A DNA stretch of 63,942 bases, counting the filler, from Octopus bimaculoides (lineage: Eukaryota): the NCBI RefSeq assembly GCF_001194135.2. It is 11 parts of 8 records of this genome, joined end to end, with 100 filler letters (N's around TTAATTAATTAA, not from the genome) between each part and the next. Parts side by side here need not be neighbours in the genome. Positions count along the whole stretch, not along the records: positions 33,140 to 42,264 come from NC_069002.1; positions 42,365 to 49,927 come from NC_068987.1; positions 50,028 to 51,926 come from NC_068987.1; positions 52,027 to 62,098 come from NC_068995.1; 7 more parts are not named here. One strand, 5' to 3'. Shown here piece after piece: positions 40,053 to 53,047 of this stretch. A model generated the notes under the pieces. That model saw only the letters and a program-made list of their open reading frames with translations. It did not search any database and had not been told where the DNA came from. The number at the start of each line of letters is the position of its first letter. The first letter of the stretch is position 1. The position numbers and the translations under genes were made by a program.

Positions 40053-40159
40053 ACATCAGTTGCGAAAGAATTATAATCAGAACTGATTTTTTTTACTAGG
40101 TTTCGTATCTGAGGCGTCAAATGTAAACGAACAATGAGATCGAAGATGAAAAAAGAGTA

Positions 40160-40211
40160 ATGGGTGTATACGCCATATTTCGGGAGTTTTCGCACCTTCA
40201 TCAGCACCCAT
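40160..40211 (-). ncRNA. Type I hammerhead ribozyme-like motif
   Basis: AUGGGUG / CACCCAU 7-bp stem I, intact CUGAUGA and GAAA, minimal stem II (A-GGUGC), imperfect stem III ACUCC/GGCGU. Confidence 0.6.
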
Positions 40212-40246
40212 CCAACCCCTTAATCATTCACAAACACATTGAATAA

Positions 40247-40875
40247 CCCTTCGTGGGCCGGCGGCGTTGGAATTACACAAAGGGCCATTGGGATCTCGAG
40301 GGACCCCCTTTTACTTTTGCGCATTTCCGAACTAGTCATAAAGTAATATTTGTTTAATCTTGTATATATGTATGAGTACATGATACAGAACAAGAAATCT
40401 AGCACTTTATAGGTACATATTTGTAATAATTAGCGTTTAATGTAGGAGAATTAAAATATAATTTATTGACTGAAAAAAAAAAGAACTTTTATTGAAAGAA
40501 ATCAATATTTTTTAGTTTCATAAACTATACCATATAGCACTAAATATAAAATAAAACAAAACTATTAAGTATAGCGATTCATACCAGTACAAATATGAAG
40601 AAAATTGACTTATAGTTCTTCAGGATAACTGAAAAAGAACAGAAAGAAAATAACTTCATAGAAGGCCAATGGGATCCAATTGGAAACCAATGACCGTATT
40701 TTATGCTATAACATCCAAATGACTGGAAATGTTTAACTCAAAATTTGTATGTGCTTACATAAACTATTGGCAATAAAAGTCACGAGATATAAAATCATTT
40801 TTTTAAAAAATGTAAAAGTTGCATAGTTTAAAATTTTTTCTGAGATCTCAGGGGACCCCTCCAGCTCATGAAGGG
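40247..40875. mobile_element. Non-autonomous piggyBac-like element
   Basis: Imperfect 15-bp TIRs CCCTTCGTGGGCCGG / CCAGCTCATGAAGGG, flanked by ATAA (left) and TTAA (right). A subterminal gatctc..gggacccc motif occurs near both ends. The interior is AT-rich and non-coding. Confidence 0.65.
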
Positions 40876-41158
40876 TTAAATAGTCCCTAAATACAGCGCT
40901 GTAACATTATTGGATACACCAATTTTTACATATTAAACACAGCTAATGATCTGAATCGAGTTCTGGAACTTGGAACATTTCTATTGAAATTTTAAAGAAT
41001 GCTCTAAATNNNNNNNNNNNNNNNNNNNNNNNNNNNNNNNNNNNNNNNNNNNNNNNNNNNNNNNNNNNNNNNNNNNNNNNNNNNNNNNNNNNNNNNNNNN
41101 NNNNNNNNNNNNNNNNNNNTCTAAATTTCTGTTGAGTCATATACTTTATCAGGTGAAT

Positions 41159-41211
<53 letters not shown>

Positions 41212-41617
41212 CGGAGAGAGTTACATCGGTTCTAACACATTTATTCACAAAGGAACTGCACAGTTTGGACTAAACAGGATTCCTCGTCTTTGCAAAGCGA
41301 AATTCTTCGCCACAGAGCCATAGATTCATGTGCGCATGTGCACTGGCATGTGCATGTGCATGTGTATGCGTGTATGTAAGTGTGCGCGTGTGTGTGGCGC
41401 GGATAGTTAGGAAACAGGGAGAGATCTGATGTAGAAATAACTTGTTAAAAAGCCATAACAGATTACATTGAGTAATCGGACACAAACATACCATCGCTCT
41501 CTATGGTAATACAGCATACACAAACACACTTCACTGAGGGTTACTCAGCCTCCTAAGCTTTCTAACTCTCTTTCTCTCTCTAATTTCCATCTGTTTGTCT
41601 CTCTATCTCTCTATCTT

Positions 41618-41674
<57 letters not shown>

Positions 41675-42167
41675 ACCTTCTCTCGCTCTCACCCTCTCTC
41701 CGTCTCACGATAGCCTTATCCGAATGCACACACATACACTCCCTCTCCCTGACATGCACAACCACCCTCCTTCCCTCTCTCTCTCTTTCTTTCTCTCTCA
41801 CTCTTTATCTCTCTATCTCATACACACACACACACACACAAGGATGTATATATATGCGTTTATATTTATGTAGAAACAGAGAGGGAGAGGACAGTGCCAT
41901 GAAAGAGAGATCATATATAATTATGAAGTAATATGCGCGAGGGCGTGTATGACTATCGATATATGTATGTGTGTATGTGTGTGTATGTATATACGTTATA
42001 TAGGCTCATCTGTATTATATATACGCTTATATATATATATACATGTACGTATATATGTGTATACGTAAGCTTATATATATATATATATATATATATATTC
42101 ACTCACTCACTCACACACACGCACGCACATTCCCACACACACGAACCCACGCACACATATACAAATA

Positions 42168-42259
<92 letters not shown>

Positions 42260-44369
42260 GACTCNNNNNNNNNNNNNNNNNNNNNNNNNNNNNNNNNNNN
42301 NNNNNNNNTTAATTAATTAANNNNNNNNNNNNNNNNNNNNNNNNNNNNNNNNNNNNNNNNNNNNCTTGAACTGAACGAGGGAAACTGTTGCAGGATGTTG
42401 TTTCTGTGGGTGACAATGTCATTTTAGTTTTGAAAATCAACTTCGATTCAAGTTTACAAAAAATAATTTTGTCTTTGATGTAGATCAAAAACTTTACATG
42501 ACTGTGGTTAACGTCCTGTTGTCGATAAACGATGTTTTAATTCTAAGACGATCACACATTTCGTAAAGGTATGTGGTAAGCCAATTTCATTTTAGCCCTG
42601 TAAATGGTAGGGTGATGGAATCAATGGTTGACCATTGACTGTGATAAGGAATTGTCATGACATCTTGAACAAAAATTGGAGTTAAATCATACTCTAAACT
42701 TCTCTTATAAACAGAAATACGTTGGAGGAAACAAGTTTAATATAAGTAGAAAGATGATTCTAAACATTGAACTGAACAATTTCTGTTGTCTAAATTTGTT
42801 GTCTCTGCAATATCTGATGGCTATCGTGGGAATCTCGACATTATTACAATTTCAGTTTTTCAAATAATTAAATTTAAAGATTAAACCTCTGCCATTAATT
42901 GTCTACGCTTCATGAGTTGGTTCTTCGTAATTTACTTATTTTTAATTGACAAACCTTTGAACTTTTGAAAATTCACTGATAGAAACTTTGTAATTTCAGT
43001 GGAAATAACACTCAGACGTTCTTATACTCGAAGTCGTTCTTTTGAAGACTGCAAGTTGATTAATGTTGAAACTAATACAACTGCCTGACTGAGAAAATAA
43101 TTAATGAGGTCGTCAAGTCGTTAAGTTGTAAGCGTCAACAAAAATGACAATAAAAGACGTTTAGACGTTTAATGATTTAATCCGCATCTTCTACTATAAA
43201 TAGATACAATACACATACAGATGCATTTCCTCTCCCACTCATTAGTGCTATTTTAAGCCAAACCCATGGCAAACATCGTATTACAGTACTGTTGACCTTC
43301 ATTCTTATCATTAAGTGTTCTATGGCTTCCCAAGGGCAAAGTTCAACAGACTTTCAAGCTAAATAATGAATTATTCAATTTTATGCGATTTTCTTTTTAG
43401 TTACAAATAGTACGTAGTTTAAACTGAGTTAACAAAGAAATTAAATATTTAAGAAGTGGCTCATTATTTTGATGATATGAATAGAGGAGTAAATAAAATG
43501 ACCCACGAGGACGTTTGGAAAGCTTTCAAATGTGCCCCAAAATGTAGGGTTATAGATTTAAAAGGGTAGCTTATTGATTTCCTGATATGGTGAACAGGGG
43601 AGAACGATTTGCAAGCTTCTCTCGAGCGTACCCCAGAAGTAGTGAACCCGTTCCGGGGTTACTACTTGAAATTGCTGGATATTACGCGGAATTTAAGCAT
43701 TTTATTAAGTCAATTGTAAATTTCGTGAAATTGATAAAAAACAAAAATTCTGAAATGGCAGCACCCTTGTTTGAAGCTAAACAGTGCTAACGCTTACCAT
43801 TATCGACCAGATATGTTTTGATGCAATTGAGAAACTGTCATCGATTCCAGCAACTAGTTCATAAATTACTCTCGAAACAGATGAGTATATATATTCAACA
43901 AGTTCTGTCCTAATTCAAAACGGAATGACAATTTGCTCCTATTCAGAATGATTTTATGATATTGAAAAAACAAAGAAAAAACAAAAACTGCTGAATAGCT
44001 AGATTCTCATGGGCACAGGCATCTAAATTTCTATCAGATCAATAAGCAATAACTTTTTTCTGTTTTGATAGTAGACCTAAATTCGTCATTCAAAATACTA
44101 AATTGTATCGTTAGACTTAAGTTTTTTCAGAGTTCTCCATGAAGTAATAAAGTCACCTAGAAACAAAGAAATCGGATGTAGGCACCAAAAGTAGAATTTC
44201 TACCATTGTTAATAATGTTATAATAGTGTTCTGAGGAACTGTAAGTAGTAATTGTATTTATTAGTGTGGTATTTAGTAACCTACTAATGAGTCTGCTGGC
44301 CAGTGTTTAGTGCAGTAGTGATTCGAAACTCGACCGCATGATATTCAGTTAGGGATCACAATTAAGCTC

Positions 44370-44691
44370 CACGTGAATAATCTATAATCGAGTCAGTTCC
44401 ACGTGACTGGTCTATGTATCGACTAATCCGCATGAAGCTGTGGCGTGATATGGCTCCTCAGCTGATCTAAAATTCACCCCTTTTTACCCTATAAAAATCG
44501 TTTGGCTCATTAGTCAGCCAGACGGCATCGGTAAACTGCTAAAACAAGTCGACCTTGGGCTTTCGTACAGATGCCTCGGGCATTCGCGCAGACCACCTTG
44601 GGCATTCACAGAGAGCACACTACTAAGACTAGACCACCTTGGGCATTTAACCAGACTATCTCAGGCACTCGGACAGACCACCTCGAGCAAG
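44370..44691 (+). promoter_or_regulatory. Candidate promoter/LTR-like segment: two E-boxes, TATA box and downstream ~21-bp repeats
   Basis: CACGTG at 44370 and 44400, TATAAAA at 44490, and six copies of ~CAGACCACCTYGGGCATTC at 44546-44691. Confidence 0.35.
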
Positions 44692-45354
44692 AAACAATTT
44701 CAAAAACTCACACACGATATATCACCTCTAGTCTTCTACAAGACAGAGCAGTTCTCTCCTTTCAGTTGCTGGTTATATTCTCAACATCTTTCTTTTGTAA
44801 ACAGCCAACACAGTAACCATATCCACAATAAATATTTAGGTTCGTGAGTTGCTTTATTTATCATACGCGCAATCAGCTATACCCCACGACGATGGTCTTC
44901 AACAATACAACACACTAACAAGCAACCACCACCGACATTGGTGAACAATCTCACTAGCAACTATGCTGCTGTTTCTGTTCAGCTCCAGGTCAGCCGTGAT
45001 CATCACATCTTCCCAGAAATAATGTATTTACTTGATCACCCAATATGACTCTCTTTGTTTTGAAGATAGTAGGATGTAATTAGGGGATAGATTTAGATGC
45101 ATAAAGCGTGATTGTTTCTAACATGGGTAGGAAGCCACTAGTTTCGTAAAGGAGTGGTGTTCTCTGTTAAATTACTTCCAGCATTTGATGTGCATTTCAT
45201 AGAAATTGGATAATGAAAAGGAAAGGTAACAACGGTAGTTTTTGAAATCAAAACGCAAAGAGCTCAAACAAATACCGTTGGGCATTTTCCATTGGTTTAA
45301 CGATAAGTTTCCGCCAATCCATAGCAAAAATAATCTTTCTACTATAAGTGCAAT

Positions 45355-45520
45355 ACTTGAAATTTTTTAGAGCGGAGAGCTAGTCAATCACATCAACCCC
45401 AGGACTCAACTGGTACCCATTTCATCGATCCCGGAAGGATGAAAAAGCAAAGTCGACCTTGGCGGAAGTTGAAATCGGAACGTAGAGACTGACGAAATGC
45501 CACTAAGCATTACCCGACTT
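45355..45520 (-). mobile_element. SINE family A copy
   Basis: aaagtcgaccttggcggaagttgaaatcggaacgtagagactgacgaaatgccactaagcatt is the reverse complement of the family A core. Confidence 0.78.
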
Positions 45521-45940
45521 GTAGAGGACAACGAGTACCTGACGTTCCATGTAATATACTTATGCCCTATGTAGAATCGATAGTGGTTCGGGATCAGTCT
45601 TTTGTTGGCTTGACAAAAAAACTGGAATTTAATGATAATTTTCGGTGATGTAGCATGCCGAAATCAAATCCAGATATTGGCAACGTCTCACGACATGTTG
45701 ATGGTTTCAACACTAATTATGGCCAACTCTCAAGACATTTGGCTCTGAACTTTTTGGCGATCAGCCAAAATGTCGTAACAGACTTACCAGTGCCAGAATT
45801 TTTGAATGTGCCAATGTGTGTTTGTTGTTGTTTCTACTTGACTTTAGGTTGGAAATAATGGAACAAGAGTGACCTAGGATCAAGGAAATTTCAGCCGTCG
45901 CCATCCTATTAGTTTATATAGCAGGTATTATACTGCCTTT

Positions 45941-46275
45941 GTGAAGGCGCATGACTCAGTGGTTAGAGCCTCTGGCTCACAATCATGAGGTAATGAGTTC
46001 GATTCCCTGACCGGGCTGTGTTGTGTTCTTGAACGAGACACTTTATTTCACGTTGCTCTAGTTCAGTCAGCTGTAGAAATGAGTTGCGACGTCACTAGTG
46101 CCAAGCTTTATCGACTTTTACCCTTCCTTTGGATAGCATCGGTGGCATGGAGAGGAGAGACTGATATAGTGGGCGATTGCTGGCCTTCCGTAAATAACCT
46201 TGCCCGGACTTGTGCTTCGGAGGGCAACTTTCTAGGTGCAAACCCATGGACATTCATGACCTAAGAGGGTCTTAA
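45941..46275 (+). mobile_element. tRNA-derived SINE family C
   Basis: A/B boxes and body colinear with 36011-36300, plus ~30 nt absent from that copy. Confidence 0.88.
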
Positions 46276-46809
46276 CTCTTGCCCACTGTATCTGTTATTT
46301 AAGAGGGCAGAGTGATTAGTTTGAGAGGGATTTGTGTGCTATTTTTACCAGGGGGAGCAGCCTTGTAGGGATGCCTTCGTAAATATATGAACGGGAGAAT
46401 AATTGTAGTACCATGATATCGTAGTGGTGGTAGTAGAATTGTGTTGTTATTGTGGTATTACTGTGGTAGTATTGTAGCCCTGTAGTGGCCATAGTAATGA
46501 GTTATATTGTAACAGTAAGGGTGATCGTGAGTGTAGTAGTAGTAGTAGTATTAGTAGTAGTAGTAGTAGTAGTGTTATTGGTGTAATGTTGTGGTGATAA
46601 TGGTGATTAGATTTATTGTTACAGCGTTGTTGTGGCGATTGTAAAGTACCATTGTAGAATTTGTGTTATTGATACATCGTGATTGTTGTTGTCATAGATA
46701 TCGGCTGCTGCCATTTAGCTCTAGGCCGCCCTAAACAAGCAGACATGTGATCAAGGATGTTCCAGCTATGTCCATTTCGTCAGTTTTTTATGGCATATTA
46801 TAAGACCCT

Positions 46810-47202
46810 GTGGAGGCGCAATGGCCCAGTGGTTAGGGCAGCGGACTCGCCGTCATAGGATCGCGGTTTCGATTCCCAGACCGGGCGTTGTGAGTGTTTA
46901 TTGAGCGAAAACACCTAAAGCTCCACGAGGCTCAGGCAGGGGGTGGGGGTGAACCCTGCTGTACTCTTCCACCACAACTTTCTCTCACTCTTACTTCCTG
47001 TTTCTGTTGTGCCTGTATTTCAAAGGGTCAGCCTTGTCACACTGTGTCATGCTGAATATCCCCGAGAACTACGTTAAGGGTACACGTGTCTGTGGAGTGC
47101 TCAGCCACTTGCCCGGTAATTTCACGAGCAGGCTGTTCCGTTGATCGGATCAAACGGAACCCTCGACGTCGTAAGCGACGGAGTGCCAACAACAACAAGC
47201 AA
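46810..47202 (+). mobile_element. Full-length tRNA-derived SINE family B with perfect 10-bp TSD
   Basis: ATAAGACCCT at 46800-46809 and 47203-47212; (AAC)n tail; near-identical to the 11135 copy. Confidence 0.93.
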
Positions 47203-47349
47203 ATAAGACCCTATTTATCTAATACATTCATTTTGAGGAAACAGAACGGTATAGATTGAGGAAGACTACTCTGTTATTTCTCGCAGATCGAGCGATCACC
47301 TTCAGATTTCATGATTGTTGTTGTTGGTGGTGGAGATGTTTGTTATTCA

Positions 47350-47867
47350 CTCGTTCACTTGCAAGCACATTCACTCGCATGTACACTCACTTGTACAGAA
47401 GCTCGTTCGCACGCCCGCACACTCACTAAAATCGCGCACGTCCTCGCTCGCTCGTTCGCTTGCATGCGAGCATGCACGAGAGTGCACACTCGCACACGTA
47501 CCCGCTCACTCACACGCTCGTTCACTCGCATGCATGCTCACTCGCACGCACACACATGCTAACTCTCATGCACGCATGCACGCACACACACTCGCCCACT
47601 CGCAAGTACGTTCACTTACTCAAGCATGCACGCTCACTCATACACGCGCTCGATCACTCGCTCACATGCACGCTCGTTCACACCCATGCATGCATATACA
47701 CTCACTTACGAACACACACCACACTCATGCTCACTCTCACACACTTCAGTTTATGAACAAAAGTTAAACTGTTGACAAACATTCATTTCAGTGTGTGTAT
47801 ATAGATGGATGTGTGTGTGAGCGAATGCATGTATGTGTATGTATGAGTGCATGCGTGTATATGTGAG

Positions 47868-47916
<49 letters not shown>

Positions 47917-47930
47917 TTGTGTGAGTGCCA
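47350..47930. repeat. Degenerate (CACT/CTCG/GCAC)n and (GT)n low-complexity region
   Basis: Seen directly. Confidence 0.9.
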
Positions 47931-48334
47931 GCATCTTGCACATAAAAATTTCATTAACTGGAATTTTACAGCTGCAAACACCAGATAATTACATGTCAGA
48001 TGTTCCCCATTGAGAATGAAGTGTTGGTGGTGGCGGCGGCGGCAGAAGCTACAACATAGGTACGACAAAGAAAAACCATTATTAAAATGATATCGGTAGG
48101 GTTCACACACACACACACACACACACACACAAATTACATATATACACATACACAGACATACACAAATGCATACATGCATGTATGTATGCATACATGCATG
48201 TATGTATGCATACATGCATGTATGTATATATATGCACACACATAACACATGAATTTATATCAAGAATCTTGCAGAATAGGTGCACAAACGTGTGTGTGTG
48301 TATGTATGTATATATATATATATATATGTATATA

Positions 48335-48520
48335 TAAGTTCAAAAAAACACAAAAAACAATAACAAAAAAAGCAACGAAGTGAGGACGTGATACGGATAG
48401 TGTTATTGGACGCTCGGGAAAGGAAGGAGAGAGAGTATGACGTTTCGGGCGGAGCCCTTCGTCGGAAAGACAGAAAGTTCGGAGAATGGAAAAACGGAGG
48501 AAGAGGAAAATGGCACCGAT
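48335..48520 (-). mobile_element. Diverged family H element with hammerhead-like motif
   Basis: Minus strand CCGACGA-A-GGGC TCC GCCC-GAA-ACGT-C at 48465-48439; the tattggacgctcgggaa segment and (TA)n anchor match family H. Confidence 0.68.
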
Positions 48521-49103
48521 GCCCACGAGGTTACATTGTGAAAGGACCGGAAGAGGAGGTGGTGGGGGAAAAGTTCTTTCTAAGACAGGAGAGTGAAAAA
48601 GGGAGGTGAATATCTGTGCGTGCGCGAGAGTCTGCGAGTGTGTGTGTGTGTNNNNNNNNNNNNNNNNNNNNNNNNNNNNNNNNNNNNNNNNNNNNNNNNN
48701 NNNNNNNNNNNNNNNNNNNNNNNNNNNNNNNNNNNNNNNNNNNNNNNNNNNNNNNNNNNNNNNNNNNNNNNNNNNNNNNNNNNNNNNNNNNNNNNNNNNN
48801 NNNNNNNNNNNNNNNNNNNNNNNNNNNNNNNNNNNNNNNNNNNNNNNNNNNNNNNNNNNNNNNNNNNNNNNNNNNNNNNNNNNNNNNNNNNNNNNNNNNN
48901 NNNNNNNNNNNNNNNNNNNNNNNNNNNNNNNNNNNNNNNNNNNNNNNNNNNNNNNNNNNNNNNNNNNNNNNNNNNNNNNNNNNNNNNNNNNNNNNNNNNN
49001 NNNNNNNNNNNNNNNNNNNNNNNNNNNNNNNNNNNNNNNNNNNNNNNNNNNNNNNNNNNNNNNNNNNNNNNNNNNNNNNNNNNNNNNNNNNNNNNNNNNN
49101 NNN

Positions 49104-49735
49104 ATGTGTATGTGTGTGTTTATGTGTGTGTGCGTGCGTATGTATGTGAGAGCGTAAGGATGTGTGCCAGGTATGTGTGTTATTTTGTGTGTGCACTCCT
49201 GTGTGTGTGTGTGTGTGCATGTGTATGCGGCTGTGTATGTACGTGTATGTAGGCGTGCGCGTATATATGGGTGTGTGTGTGTGTGTGTCTGTGTGTGTAT
49301 AGGGCTGTGTAAGGTGTGTGTCTCTACCACTGTGCGTGTGTGTGTTTGTATATGTGCGTTCGTCTATATGTGTGTGTGAGGGCGCGCATGCATGTTTGTC
49401 ATGTGTGTGGGCGGTATATATGTAAGTTGTGTGGGAGGTGTGTGTGTTAGGTGTATGGGAGGTATGTGAGGTATGTGTGAATGGGGGTATATATGGTTTA
49501 TATGCGCAAGGGTGTGTATGCTTGGGTGTGTGTGTGTGTATGTTTGCGTGATTGTTAGCGTGTGTGTGTATGCGCAAGTGTGCGTGTGTATGTGCGTTTG
49601 TATAAGTGTGTGCGCGAGTCTGAGCGTGTAAGTGCATGCATATGTGTTGTGTGTGTGTGGTGTGTTGGGAGTAGGTGTGCTTACATGTGTGTGTATGGGT
49701 GCGTGCATTTTTTTGTGTGTGGGTATATGTGCGTG
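49104..49735. repeat. Degenerate (GT)n-derived low-complexity tract
   Basis: Seen directly. Confidence 0.92.
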
Positions 49736-51553
49736 TAGGAAGGGATGAAATAAATTGTGGAAAATTGTAGTGATTTTAATAAAAAAGTGAATAATGGATA
49801 TAATGTAAAGTGGATGGGGGGGGGTAAAGAAATATATATATATAAAAAGAATAATAAATAAAGAAAAGTGTTGCATTGTCGTAAAGGGGAGAGTCATAAG
49901 GAGGAGGGGGCTGTGTTGAGTCCGAAGNNNNNNNNNNNNNNNNNNNNNNNNNNNNNNNNNNNNNNNNNNNNTTAATTAATTAANNNNNNNNNNNNNNNNN
50001 NNNNNNNNNNNNNNNNNNNNNNNNNNNTATATATATATATATATATACATATATATATAGTAGATACACACGCACATATGTAGTATATATATATACATGG
50101 ATAATACATACACACTGTATATATATATACAGTGTGCATAGTGGAAAACTACATTATTATAGCCGATTTTCAGAGTTTTTACTTCCTTTTAAAAAATGCA
50201 GATTTTGTGAATCAGTCTAACTAGATCCAATAGGCTAGTGTCCCGCCATTGTAACAACAAAACAACAGACATTGGAAGCGTGGTTGACCATTGGTGTGTC
50301 ACTTGTGCGGCACAATATGCACTGGTGGTAAGCACAAAAATGAGACTGAATGGCACGCGGACTGGCGAGATTTGAATGTACATAGAGCTTTTGATCAATT
50401 TCTGTAATCCACACAACCGTCTCTATTTGTTGCAGAGAGAAAGAGCATGCGACTGGTGAAGCAGTAAAAGATATTTAAGAGCGTTCTGTCTAAAAGAAGT
50501 GGGAAGGTAAGAGTAAAGAGAAAATTGATGTCAAACAAATCATTTGCGAGAACAACGGGTATCAGAAACATTTGTATTTTCCAAAGAACTACCAGTTATA
50601 GCTGTAAAAATAACGAAAAGAAATTGCCTCGTTATCGATACCAGAAACTAACCACAATGGGACCCCTCTCGAAGCCACAGCCATTAGTAGCACACTACAG
50701 TCATGGAAACGGACAGAAAGGAGATGGCCAGCAGAAGCGAAAAGTCAGGGATGACAGCCAAAATAAAAGAGCCTTTCCTTGAAAAATTACATCAAGCAGT
50801 AAAAAAAGCAAGACACACTATGAGGTACATACTGTCCAAAGGCAGTATATGGAGTTGACAGTTCTTCAGACGACTGAAGGACATATTGACGATAAGAACG
50901 GATTGGAGATGAGAGGGATTTTGACTAACTAAGACAAGCAAATGACAGGCAGCTATTAAAAACCAATTTAAGATTATATAAATTCTTATATGCAGAAATC
51001 ATTGTGAAAATGTCGAATTTTTCAACCTCCGTACTTTGGTGGTAGTCGGTTATCTTCGGGAAGAGCATTTGCTGTACGCACATTCTTTCGTTATAGAGGG
51101 CATNNNNNNNNNNNNNNNNNNNNNNNNNNNNNNNNNNNNNNNNNNNNNNNNNNNNNNNNNNNNNNNNNNNNNNNNNNNNNNNNNNNNNNNNNNNNNNNNN
51201 NNNACACACACACACACACACATATACACGCGCGTGTGCCCACGCTTAAACACGCAGGTATGTAATCTGAAATTCATTGCATGTGAATTCCTTGGGATTT
51301 TTTCTCCTTGGTATGCTGGCATAAACATCCCAGCGTATATGTATATGTACATACGTATGTTCCACAATATAGATAACAGATATCTTATTAACAGTTTAGT
51401 GAATATATATACATATATATATACATGCTTTACATGAATATGAAAGAGTAGTTTAACGGGTGATAATGATAATTTTCATCGCACGTATGTGTGTGATATA
51501 TAGTAGTATAACAACACACCCATGTGCAGGTATGTTTACACACATACATATTT

Positions 51554-51620
<67 letters not shown>

Positions 51621-51837
51621 TTTTGTTTTGAATTTGTGTGAATGTGTATAGCATAATATAACAGTTGAATAAAATTAAAACAAGGTTTCCACGTTTTTTA
51701 TTATGGGATTTTAACACAAAAAGACCTTTTGTTATGAGCACTACACGTTTGTTATTGTTTTTTTTTCTCTAATGTTAAAATGGCATACTAAAAAACGTGA
51801 AAAACAGACCATGATTTAGCTTTATTCAACTTCCTAC

Positions 51838-51901
<64 letters not shown>

Positions 51902-52026
51902 TTAAATACATGCATATTTATATTCANNNNNNNNNNNNNNNNNNNNNNNNNNNNNNNNNNNNNNNNNNNNTTAATTAATTAANNNNNNNNNNNNNNNNNN
52001 NNNNNNNNNNNNNNNNNNNNNNNNNN

Positions 52027-52097
52027 GGTGCCGGTGGTGGTGCTGGTGGTGGTGGTGGTTGTGTGGGTTGTTGTTGTTCTTCTCTTTCTTCTTCACC

Positions 52098-52136
<39 letters not shown>

Positions 52137-53013
52137 TCCTCTTTCATCTTCTGCTTCCTCTTTTTGATGATGATGATGATGATGATATAGGGTGCTAATG
52201 ATGAGAGCAGTGGTGGGGACAATAGGGACGGCGGTGTTGGTGCTGGAGCAGACAATAGTCATTATGGTGACGGTGATAGTGAAGGCGTTAGAGTAGGTGT
52301 ATTCAATTATGCTTGAAGCTGGTAGTGGCACTGGTGGTAGTGATGGCGGCACTGATGTTGGCGCCGGCGGTAGACCTTTTCAAAGTGCTTATGGCTCCAG
52401 CGTTAATTGTGCTCAACGTGGTGGTCATGGCGTACTGGAAATGATGGTGCAATTGTAGATCATTGTAGCAATAATTTCTGGAGATCTCTATCGACATGAT
52501 GGTATGACTGGCAATAGAATCATGTCATTGTGCATTTGGGATCTATTAAAGTAATAATATCAACAATAAAATTTGATGGCGGCGAATTAGTGGTGTTTAT
52601 AACGACGAAACGGGTGTTGATGGCGCCAGCGATTTAAAACGGTGGAGAATGTGGAGGTTAAGAACGCAGAAACCGTGATACTGTCGACAGTGATGATAAA
52701 GGCAGAAGCGCCGGCAGGGCATGTGTGTATGCGCACGTATGTCTGTTTGTGCGTATGTATGTATATACGAATATATATATGTATATATATCGTCATCATG
52801 ATCGTGATCTTCATTATTATAATCATCATCATCATCATCATCATCATCACCAGCAGCAGCAGCAGCAGCAGCAGATGTGGTGACGGCGGCGCCCGTGGTC
52901 ATTACTGTTTCAAGCCATTAAGCCAGTTACGCGTATTTTCATTTTATATAAATGACCGCGATGATTCGAACATCTACAGAATGGAGGCGTCAGTCCGTGT
53001 ATGTGTGTGTGTG

Positions 53014-53047
<34 letters not shown>

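Noticed and set aside
44546-44691. Repeat-spacer pattern resembling a CRISPR array
   Set aside because: The units are degenerate, spacers are mostly 2-4 nt, the context is eukaryotic and there are no cas genes.
50525-50930. Possible RTE LINE C-terminus (also 32640-32830)
   Set aside because: Only vague similarity; the diagnostic GH..R and GRP..W motifs are not recoverable by eye.
52190-52490. Gly/Asp-rich plus-strand peptide resembling a structural protein
   Set aside because: It is interrupted by a stop and frameshift and embedded in decayed (GGT/GAT)n repeats, with no splice context.
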